Source: Orbicella franksi (lineage: Eukaryota). From it: 64,000 bases of DNA. Positions within the stretch are counted from its first letter, which is position 1, and each line of letters begins with the position of its first letter. A model generated the notes under the pieces. The model did no database searches. It was not told the DNA's origin and was given only the letters and a program-made list of their open reading frames with translations. Of the stretch, positions 50,801-58,509 are shown one piece after another. A program made the position numbers and the translations under genes. Where the stretch lies: assembly GCA_964199315.1 (NCBI GenBank), contig OZ116699.1:38192001-38256000 (forward strand), read 5' to 3'.

Positions 50801-52209
50801 TGCTTGTACAGCTCCCTGATTCTTATTCCCTGCCTTATTCACTGCCATCGCCGTGAAAAATTTAGAGAATCTCGCAACTCTCGCCATTTGGCATGAGAAC
50901 ATCCACGCAAGAGCCCACGACATTTGCGTGGATCCGCGCGGATATATGTTATCAGGGTGGCGCAATTTGTTCTAAAAATAGCAAAATTGTCCCATATCAT
51001 AGGTGCGCGCGGATCCCAAAACTTACGGTCTCCGTCCTCGATTATGACTCCTGATTAGACCTATAGTCTCCCAGTTTTTTTCGCTCATGCGAGTGGCCCC
51101 CTTAATGGTGGGACGGCAGATTTCACCTGACCATTTCTAAATGATCTAAAGCATTACCCTTTCAAATACGTGAAGTACTTTCTAGTTGCTCGATGCCTGT
51201 TCTCACACTGAGATAAAACGTACTTTTTGCCATGGTCACGTGACTGATGACACATCACACTAAGTTTGAAAAAAATATATATTTCATTGCAAGATTTATT
51301 TTTCCATATGTGGTACTCTCCCGGGCTTCAGTCATAAAGTTATTTGATATGCAAACTTTTCATGTGCAACGGTTGTTAATATAATTATAATATTGTTTTA
51401 TTATCATTATCATTGTTATTATCATCATCATCATCATCAGTTCGTATAGTGTGATCGTTCGGATTTCTAGTTCGGTGCATTCACCCGGACGATCACACTA
51501 TACGAACTACGAATACTCCTGGGTTCAAACCATTTACTGTGTTATCATCATCATCATTATTATTAAGAACTTGTGATAATTTCATGTTTATTTTACAATA
51601 ATACTAATAACTTTTTTTTAGAAAATTACAAACTTTAAAATAGCTAAAATTGTTATCATCACTTCTCTTGTTAAAACAATTCGCTTCTGCTTAGAAAACA
51701 TTTCCGCCTAGGAACGCACAACAGATCAGAAAGTTTGGTGTAATTAAGTGATCTTTAAGCAAGAGGTTCGTCTCACTCTATGCTATTCTGCTGCATTTTG
51801 CTTTCCGGTCTTCAGGTACGTAAATTTGGTGTGTCTTCCACATTCCGTCTCTGAACCGTCTGACGGGGCCAAATGCTGGATCACGGGCTGGGGCAAACTT
51901 TCATATGGAGGCGCTAGACCAGACTATCTCCAACAGGTCCAAGTTCCAGTGGTTAGTCGCGCCCGATGTGATAAAGCCTACCCAAAAAAGATCCATGACT
52001 CCATGATCTGCGCGGGCCTGGACCAGGGTGGAATTGACTCCTGTCAGGGGGATAGTGGAGGACCGATGGTGTGTGAGACTGGTGGGAGGTATTATCTTCA
52101 AGGTGTCACCAGCTGGGGCTCTAGATGTGCTTCTCCTGGGAAGTTTGGTGTCTACGCCAAAGTGAAATACCTGTTGAGCTGGATCGTTGGCGAAATGTCT
52201 AAGAACTAA
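9567..52209 (+). CDS. Secreted multi-MAM trypsin-like serine protease (signal peptide + 10 x MAM + peptidase S1A), 34 coding exons, predicted 1811 aa
   Basis: 46 + 10x465 + 196 + 150 + 394 = 5436 nt, with all phases compatible and all introns GT-AG. Activation site SKSR|IVGG, His motif TATHC, Asp motif NDIALL, Ser motif GDSGGP, and S1 Asp in GGIDSC. Confidence 0.9.
10266..10445 (+). mobile_element. Degenerate tRNA-derived SINE in intron 1
   Basis: TGTGGAGG start, A-box-like TGGCGCAGTGG, body CTGACCACTAGCTG shared with the copy at 50674, AT-rich tail. Confidence 0.55.
10607..12252 (+). CDS. MAM cassette 1 (exons 10607-10741, 11218-11459, 12165-12252)
   Basis: [25 protein letters not shown] / [19 protein letters not shown] / VTFEG..GDIAIDD..SC. 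Phases 1-1, 1-0, 0-1. Confidence 0.93.
11816..12130. mobile_element. Non-autonomous palindromic insertion unique to cassette 1 intron B-C
   Basis: Absent from the other nine cassettes at the AAATGCTT|ATCTT junction. 11966-12130 is a ~165-nt imperfect hairpin. Confidence 0.8.
12860..14182 (+). CDS. MAM cassette 2 (12860-12994, 13472-13713, 14095-14182)
   Basis: Same three-exon MAM, open frames. The exon C acceptor is GAAG here rather than GTAG. Confidence 0.92.
14791..16103 (+). CDS. MAM cassette 3 (14791-14925, 15392-15633, 16016-16103)
   Basis: Open frames, canonical splice sites, 4 MAM cysteines. Confidence 0.93.
16711..18023 (+). CDS. MAM cassette 4 (16711-16845, 17312-17553, 17936-18023)
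   Basis: Exactly 1920 bp offset from cassette 3, near-identical including introns. Confidence 0.93.
18629..20483 (+). CDS. MAM cassette 5 (18629-18763, 19238-19479, 20396-20483)
   Basis: Open frames. Its longer B-C intron carries an insertion. Confidence 0.93.
19782..20197. mobile_element. Non-autonomous element with a 150-bp palindrome (19783-19933) in cassette 5 intron B-C
   Basis: Inserted between GATAAATAA and TATGAATT relative to cassettes 6-10. Arms GGATGAGGTTTTTGTGATATCCAGAATAATCAAGGTCTCGGT / ACCGAGACCTTGATTATTCTGGATATCACAAAAACCTCATCC. Confidence 0.8.
20553..21070. mobile_element. Unclassified ~0.5 kb interspersed repeat, copy 1 (cassette 5-6 intron)
   Basis: Absent from other cassettes and homologous to 43203-44285. 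Terminal GC hairpin GGCGGCCC-CAA-GGGCCGCC at 20566-20584. Confidence 0.75.
21610..23112 (+). CDS. MAM cassette 6 (21610-21744, 22289-22530, 23025-23112)
   Basis: First type-II cassette ([20 protein letters not shown]), open frames. Confidence 0.93.
23706..25214 (+). CDS. MAM cassette 7 (23706-23840, 24387-24628, 25127-25214)
   Basis: Open frames, canonical splice sites. Confidence 0.93.
25817..27318 (+). CDS. MAM cassette 8 (25817-25951, 26495-26736, 27231-27318)
   Basis: Open frames, canonical splice sites. Confidence 0.93.
27913..29411 (+). CDS. MAM cassette 9 (27913-28047, 28588-28829, 29324-29411)
   Basis: 2093 bp offset from cassette 8 (exons B and C), near-identical including introns. 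Confidence 0.93.
30006..37330 (+). CDS. MAM cassette 10 (30006-30140, 36509-36750, 37243-37330)
   Basis: Open frames. Intron A-B is enlarged by a 5.8 kb LTR element. Confidence 0.9.
30735..33437 (-). pseudogene. Frameshifted Gypsy pol: RT - RNase H - integrase (gag and protease missing)
   Basis: [33 protein letters not shown] (RT). [24 protein letters not shown] (RNase H). HASHLG, DLFE, TDNGPQF, SNGKAE (integrase). Split over at least three frames. Confidence 0.92.
33439..34260. repeat. Very AT-rich insert with an internal ~80-bp direct repeat, possibly one end of a non-autonomous DNA transposon
   Basis: Starts CCCTTACCAAACCAAACT exactly where Gypsy RT breaks off. AAAATAGG...GGTGTT(T/A)AAACCTGTTTAAAACACT occurs near 33525 and 33850. 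A second terminus was not found. Confidence 0.45.
34930..36060 (-). mobile_element. 5'-truncated Penelope-like element (RT core plus thumb), frameshifted
   Basis: YLKDTTD..., [46 protein letters not shown], ending ...[17 protein letters not shown] with no GIY-YIG after it. Confidence 0.88.
37398..37485 (+). CDS. Extra (terminal-type) MAM exon C', alternative to 37243-37330
   Basis: tgtag|[29 protein letters not shown]|gtaagt. 88 nt, phase 0-1, 67 nt downstream of exon C10. Confidence 0.75.
37498..38596. repeat. 90-bp inverted repeat pair (37498-37587 / 38507-38596) enclosing MITE-like sequence
   Basis: 7 mismatches in 90 nt by eye, no clean TSD. Confidence 0.8.
39004..41015 (-). mobile_element. 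5'-truncated R4/Dong-clade (RLE) non-LTR retrotransposon inserted in a (TAA)n microsatellite
   Basis: Uninterrupted 636-aa ORF (39084-40994): [35 protein letters not shown] (CCHC), RPDIV..ID..K RLE nuclease. Flanked by (TTA)n at 38972-39003 and 41015-41061. Confidence 0.92.
41270..41360. repeat. (TAAA)n / TA-rich simple repeat
   Basis: Direct inspection. Confidence 0.8.
42959..43154 (+). CDS. Protease exon 1 (activation peptide, IVGG, catalytic His)
   Basis: (S)[64 protein letters not shown](R). Phase 1-2. Confidence 0.95.
43203..44285. mobile_element. Unclassified ~0.5 kb repeat, copy 2, interrupted by a LINE tail
   Basis: 43203-43632 and 44156-44285 align to 20553-21070. Confidence 0.75.
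43633..44155 (+). mobile_element. 3' end of a CR1/L2-group LINE with (ATGT)n tail
   Basis: [11 protein letters not shown]..., [36 protein letters not shown] at 44104 followed by (TATG)n. Confidence 0.88.
46218..46367 (+). CDS. Protease exon 2 (catalytic Asp)
   Basis: [49 protein letters not shown](R). Phase 2-2. Confidence 0.95.
47728..48171 (-). mobile_element. tRNA-headed SINE-like retroelement: 1.4 tandem copies of a 252-bp unit plus an inverted 71-bp segment, with a 13-bp TSD
   Basis: TSD ATAACGTTCTTAC (47728-47740, 48159-48171). tRNA-like cloverleaf at 47815-47886 (-). 47942-48012 is the exact reverse complement of 48090-48160. Confidence 0.85.
48668..51355. repeat. Old ~230-bp inverted repeat pair (~48668-48900 / ~51130-51355)
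   Basis: Roughly 75% identity by eye, e.g. AGTCACGTGACCATG and its complement CATGGTCACGTGACT. Confidence 0.65.
50674..50809 (+). mobile_element. 3'-truncated tRNA-derived SINE
   Basis: A box TGGCCGAATGG, B-box-like GGTTCAATTTCC, body shared with the copy at 10266. Confidence 0.7.
51439..51543 (+). mobile_element. Hairpin remnant, probably a Penelope-type 3' end with inverted arm, inside an (ATC)n tract
   Basis: Perfect 20-bp arms at 51439-51458 and 51489-51508, followed by ...ACTCCTGGGTTCAAACCATTTAC. The family assignment is from recollection only. Confidence 0.5.
51816..52209 (+). CDS. Protease exon 3 (catalytic Ser, stop codon)
   Basis: YVNLVCLP...CWITGWG...[20 protein letters not shown]...[18 protein letters not shown]...SKN*. 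AATAAA at 52252 and 52315. Confidence 0.96.
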
Positions 52210-53217
52210 GCTAAATCAACCCGCGATAGTTTCGTAATGGTGTAAGGTAAAAATAAATTCTCCATGCTGGAGATAAGGAAGAACATTAAATAATGTGGTC
52301 GGGAAAAAATTAGTAATAAAAGCATGCATTAAAGAGAAACCTGTGTGCAATTGTAGTCTTTTAAGTCCTGACCTAAGTTAGTGACTATAATCTAAGAAAC
52401 ACGTATTTCCTCGCTTTTTATTAATTTACTAACTTGTAGAGCACTTACAGAAGGTCTAAAAGGGGATGCTGAATGCAACCATCTCTATGCTGTGAACAAA
52501 TTAACACTGAGGCGATCGTCTGAAATTTCAGTTGACTGTTATATACGCAAGTGACTAACTTAACAATCTTTAAAACCAATCAATCAATTAATTGCAAAGA
52601 CCAACCAAAACTTTATCTTAACCAAACAATAATGAATCAAATTCACTTCTCGGTAGTTCCATTTTGTGATTTTATCTATCAGCCGATATTATCTACAACG
52701 GGAAACAAGTGTAAAGTGTTCACCTGTTTTTGGAGGGGCGGATGGCATTTATTCATGCCATTTCAGGTGTGCTTCTGTAACATGGATAAAAATAATGGGT
52801 GTATGTATTGAATGAGCACTTTTAAAGTGTGTGCCAACTGTATTTTTGCATAAGTGCGAATGAATTAATACATTTCGAAATTTTGACATTATTTATCCAC
52901 TATCGTAGATTTTCCATTTTCTAATGACGTCGGGAAATCATTAGAACTGAATCAAAATTAATGAAAACGTATAGTGACAATAGAATTCTTGGCAATAAAT
53001 CTAATACAACTGGTGTAAAAACATCCAAATAGAAAACTGCACAGGAAATCAAAAATATGAACAAACATACCCATTGCATAGTTACCGTGAAAAAACTATT
53101 TTCCTTTCACAAGATTTTGCGACACCAAAATTGTAAGTACCCAGATAAACTTTAGGTAAGAAACAAATTTGAGATTCTACTCTTAAATAGACAGTGTTTG
53201 CTGGTAAAAAATAATAC

Positions 53218-53719
53218 AAGTGAATATATGAAAGATCATTATTTGAAATGCGGGGAAAGATATGAAGAAATGATTGATCATCACAGTTATGTGCACAACC
53301 TTAGCAGCTGTGAGACTCAAGTCATGTCTTCATATCTTTCTCCGCAACTATATTAACTTTCATACATTCAACTGACCTCTGTTATTCGAAAGGTGGATAA
53401 TGCTATCCACCGGATAAATCACTATCCAGCGGATAGCGTGGTTTGTTTTGTTCACACTTATCCACTGGATAGCGATTTATCAGGTGGATAGCGTTATCCA
53501 GACTTCGAACAACTGGGGCCTGAATCTTATCCATGTATGGGTATATTACGAACTTTCACGTTACCAGTTCCCGGTTGGCTTGATAGCTTAGTTGGTAGAG
53601 CACTGCAGTGGTATCTAAGAGGTCATGGGTTCGAAACCCGTTCAAGCCTAAATTTGTCCAGGCTTTAGTTTCACAGCAGAGCTGATTAAGCTGTGTATAT
53701 AACTGCGACGATCAATCAT
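53218..53719 (+). mobile_element. Second, older tRNA-headed SINE-like unit with inverted 5' arm, interrupted by a palindromic MITE (53372-53520)
   Basis: tRNA-like 53577-53648 (GGCTTGA...TCAAGCC). 53218-53272 is inverted relative to 53322-53370. The MITE has GGATA-rich internal palindromes and ends TTCGAACAACTGGGGCC. Confidence 0.75.
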
Positions 53720-54231
53720 AAAGGGAATTGAAGCCATAAACTTCATTTTTTCAGCCGGAAAAAAAACCTGATTTTCCCATGGCAACCGTGTTATGACAGC
53801 CATGTTTTTTAACGGATTAGGAATTTCATTTTTCCCAATGAAAAAAATATATTTCTGAGGTAACTGTCACTTAGCTTTCGTTATCAGGTTTGATTATTTT
53901 TGGACCAGTTTTGGTGGTTTTCGGATGTGTTGATAGATTTATAATGGTAATAGGACTGAGTGGAGTCCAGTTCGGTCTGTAATCATACGAGTGATTAAAG
54001 AGTTTAAGCATAAGGTTTACGGCGGACGGCAAACGGCAAAGATTACCTCTGATTTTTTATTCTACTCTTGTAATCCTTAAATTAATCACACAAAAATATA
54101 AAAAAATGTCTTCTACTATTCACCGCAAATACAAAGATTCTCACTCTACTGTACAGATAGCTGAAGACAGACGGCAAAAGTTTCATTTTTGCCATTTGCC
54201 GTTTGACGCGTTACGTCATGGTCTGAATAAG

Positions 54232-54416
54232 GTTCCCATATGGAAAGGACGTGGGTGCTCCTCGGACATTTTTAAAAGAACCCCTAAGATGTACCAAGAT
54301 CCTGTTTTGTGGGCGCTGTGGAGCTCTTGAGGCTGAACACCCTGAGATGTACCAAAACCGATTTTTAATTCCTAAAAGGTACGACGACCACCTCCGTCCT
54401 TTTCATATGGGAGTTT
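54232..54416. mobile_element. Short MITE
   Basis: CCCATATGGAAAGGACG ... CGTCCTTTTCATATGGG inverted ends. A related fragment lies at ~6480-6520. Confidence 0.6.
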
Positions 54417-54598
54417 CCCCCCCCCCCACCCCCCCACTCGGCGAATAAGGTTTACGCGGCAGACATTAAAGGATGACATTCAGTGCCCCATAAATAGAAC
54501 TCAGTTTGTAATCTAGTTAGACTGTGAGCAGTCCCTTTCTTTTCCTAGCCTGAGAGAAGGGCATAATATCAACTGACTTCCGCGCGCGGAGGATTTAA

Positions 54599-55694
54599 GA
54601 GGCTGTCTCTGTAAAAACCGACCACTGATTTTAATTCGAAAATTCGATTTGTTCAGTTCCCAATCTTCCCGTGAGTATCACATCGTTGATTCCCGTTATA
54701 CTCACGGGAAGATTGAAAACTAAAACGCCTGTGGTAAACACAAAAATGGCCGTGGCATTTATCAATCCTTCCTTGGCTCCCCGGATCACCGTTTACTGTT
54801 CATACATGTATGTGTGCCGAGGGTTGTCTAAAAGAGTCCTTCTACAAACCTTTCAAGAGGACTCTACATGATTAAACCGGCTTCGAGGAAAACAATGGTC
54901 AGTAATACAAAAATCGAACTATGTGATCGTCACGCTCCACACAGATGAAGAACGTATAAACGTACTTTATATACAAGCCTACAGCTGGAAGGAAGAGCTG
55001 GCAGTTTTAATGCTACCTACAGGTTTCAAGGATCGCTACAAACGACCAAAACTTTAATCTTGAAGCCAGGTAAGAGATTTACCTGAATTTATCGGAGCAC
55101 TTTACGAAGGCGAGTGTGTTAGTTACTCGCTGGAATATTTTCAAAATTTCCTGAACTTTAAGCGGTCGTTAGTTTTGAAAACCTAGTGGGCAGACACAAT
55201 TTTATTATTATTTTAAATCAAGCTGGGACATTTATACTTTCTATTCATGTAGTTCAGCAGTTTCAAACAGGTGCCACATTTTTAAAACGTGTCTTCAAAG
55301 TAGAGCTATTTTTGCGTTTGGTTCAAAACTCGATTTAACGGGTAGAAAATCTTCTTTTGACCGTTGAAGGAACAACATTGAATTATAATTGCAACATGGC
55401 TAAACAGACTGCTATGATATATCTATAGTTGAAAACAAAGAATTGGGACTTTTGAGCGAATATCAATTTTTTTAGAGCGCCGGCAATATGTGCTATTTTT
55501 CCAGTTTCGGCCGGCATGCAACTTGTGTCGAGAAGACCGAACTTCAATCAATCCTAGAAAACTTCAATTAGAACTTTTAATCAAATAAAACTCATTTTAA
55601 TGATTGACTAGGTCAGGGCTTCGAAATCCCAGCTTATGAGAAAAATCGAATTTTCGAAGTAAAATCAGTGGTCGGTTTTCACAGAGACAGCCTC
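54599..55694. mobile_element. Non-autonomous DNA transposon with TTAA TSD and GAG...CTC termini (Sola3-like; Kolobok is the alternative)
   Basis: TTAA at 54595-54598 and 55695-55698, ~52-bp TIRs with 2 mismatches, no transposase ORF. Confidence 0.85.
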
Positions 55695-58509
55695 TTAAGG
55701 AGCAAAAACCGACTACGCGTAGTCTATAATCGAGTCAATGAGTTTTGCAAGGAGGAAAGGTTTTCTTATTTGCATGATGGCAGTGCGACTGTTGTAGTCG
55801 TCGGAAATGACAGGGTAAGCCTGTTGTAACAAGGGAAAATTTAGGACAAAAGAACTCGAAAAGGGGCGTAACTTAAGCTGCGTTCATACTTGGTGTTTGA
55901 GCGCTAGTTCCCGGTCACCGGCAGAAAATAGTGTTGCATTCAGATACTGGAACTCCAAGTACCCAAGTACCATACAGTGCCTGAGTACAAGGTCGAGACC
56001 GTGTACTCAGGCAGGGACACAGTGCCCTAATACTGGTGTAAGTGTAAAAGCTGGAGAAAAGGTGTGTTGACAATAGTGTCCAGCGAGAATTGTACTAGAG
56101 TAACGTGCTCGGGCACTAAGTGGCATCTTAACCTTAGAAATAATGGTCTTGAAGCTAAAGGAGTGCTAGGTGATAGGCTAATGGTAAAATTGTTGTGTTT
56201 CTCAATTTTTTGTTACCTTATAATAGGCTGTTTCTCTTACTTCAATTAGTTCTGCTTAAAATGTAACAATCAAACATCCACGTGATATATAACAATGACG
56301 AATTTTAGCATAAGACCGTATTTCTGTAAATTGTTTAATTCGTGTTTAATTGTTTATTCGTTCTTGATAGAAAAAGCAGATTTTCCGTTAGTCCCAAGCT
56401 GGTTTCTCTAATTTATTTACAAAATTCAAAATCTCGCTTAAACATAAATGCTAATTCAAAACTTCAAATTTGCATGCGCAGAGACTCAAATGTTTTACTT
56501 ACTGGGAGGTGACAGGAAAAAATGCAACGATCAGCGTAAAAATTTTCAAAAAAGTGAAATATTTGTTTACAGATAGAATTTTTATGTCCTTACCCGAGAA
56601 GAATTGTTCATCAATTAATTAATTTGACTTCAATCAATTCAGGACAGGGTGAGTGGTCGGGGGCAATTCTTTGTACCCCTATAGAACGCATTGCTGATCA
56701 CGTGGGGACGCGGAGTTATGTGTCATTCTTCAGTGTAAAAGAACGTGGAAAATTTTACGCACCTCCGCCCCTCGCCTTGTCCTCATGTTCTTCTATTTGG
56801 CCTTTTTTGTGCCCTCACCCTTACTGGGTTGAGTATTTTTATGTAGCCAATGTGGTTAAAGTATTTTTTATAAACTTATTTTGTATACTATTTAATATGT
56901 GATTCTGTTTATTACAATAAATGCGGCTATGGGCTCTTCCCATAGCCATTTTGACCCACATGGTATCTGCGTTTCATAACCCAGTAAACGGAGCTCAGCC
57001 AATACAGTACCCCAGGTTTTTAGTAATATAAACGAGGGAAAGACAAAGATGAATACCTTAAAAAAGCGCTTGGTTACCACTACATTTTATGTTATAAAAT
57101 GGAAGTGGCAAGCCTACTAGTATTCAACACGTGATTAGTTTCTGGTTGTGAGGAAAAGCTATTTAGACTGTATTTTAGCTGAGCCAGAAGAAGGCTTTCA
57201 GAGACGCTAAAAGCGCTGTTGCGACGATTTTGTCATTAAAAACATTCCAAAAATTACTTTTATGTTACCTTTTACCAGGTAGCTTTAAGATGTTTAGGAT
57301 TTGTTTGCATTTCCTTACGTAAAGCCGAATTCTAAGGAAATTTGTAAAGAAATATCCTTTCCTTCCTTTTTCAGAAAAAAACGCTTATGTCTGCATTTTT
57401 GTTGAGATTCAAGGCTAATTATCTCGAAAAAATGCTTGCTACCCCTATTTGTCTTTGTGGAGTCCAGTAGCCCTTACAAAGATCTACTTTTCTGGATGGT
57501 CCTAATCTGGCACAAAAACCTTTGTATTTAGTAGGTCAACTGTTACATGATGATTTCAAGTGACTTTGAATTTATTATTTACTTCAGTGTATTATTAAAA
57601 CTCGCATTTTTGATATTATTTGGCCTTGTATATTGATAAAAATGATAATCAAATGACTTTTTCAGGGAATATTATTTATTTGCGCCCTGGCAGTGTCATT
57701 TGCTCGGGCCGCAAAAGACACTACATGAGCTCAAATAAACAATAGTCCCTCAAAAAGTAATTTATTCCTTTATTAACTGGAAATACATCCCCGATTTCGC
57801 AAGAAGAATTAAGAATTAAAACTACTACACTGGTTGGTCTGGCGCCGTGTTCTGAGTAGCCAGTTGAAAGGTGAACGATTAAGGTTGTGAAAGAACCAAA
57901 AGAACAACCACCATAATAGAACTTCATCACAAAACACTTGTCAATGATGCCGGTTGTACGGGACGTCAATTCTTGAACCACTGTTTGGTCAAATTGCTTA
58001 GTTAACCTTGCAAATATAGTAACCCGACTAACTTTGCCTGCCATAAGACCGATGCAGGTGGGCACGTACATTTACGAAAAATGCCAGTGGCAATTTAAAT
58101 TTTGAGGGAACTTTCTCTTTTTTTTTAACCAACTTAATAAATGTAGAAATATCAGCACCACCACCAACCACCAACACTTACTTTGACGTGACTAGTTTAG
58201 AAGTGTAACGTAAACTATCCGAAGATTCGATTCTCCTTTTATCTCAAGGACATTTCTCTCCTTTCTATACTGTTCTCAATTCTGAAGTAAGGCTAATTCT
58301 CTAAACGGACTTTTTCAGTATTAAGCAAAATATGTTAGTGACCACAGCTACGAGGAGAATGAAAAACCACAATTGTCACATAATTATCTTTTCAATGCCT
58401 TTATTAATTATCCCCACAAATTTCCACTATTTTCTTCAACATCTTCAAGAAGAAAAAATTAAGATTTAACTCGATTATCACTAAAAAAACCATGGCCGGT
58501 AGGGTTTGG

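Noticed and set aside
56925-57015. Signal-peptide-like frame MRLWALPIAILTHMVSA
   Set aside because: Weak donor and no compatible open downstream exon found before the convergent gene.
57721-58071. 116-aa - strand ORF downstream of the paralogue
   Set aside because: No domain motif, and it lies past the paralogue's poly(A) signal.
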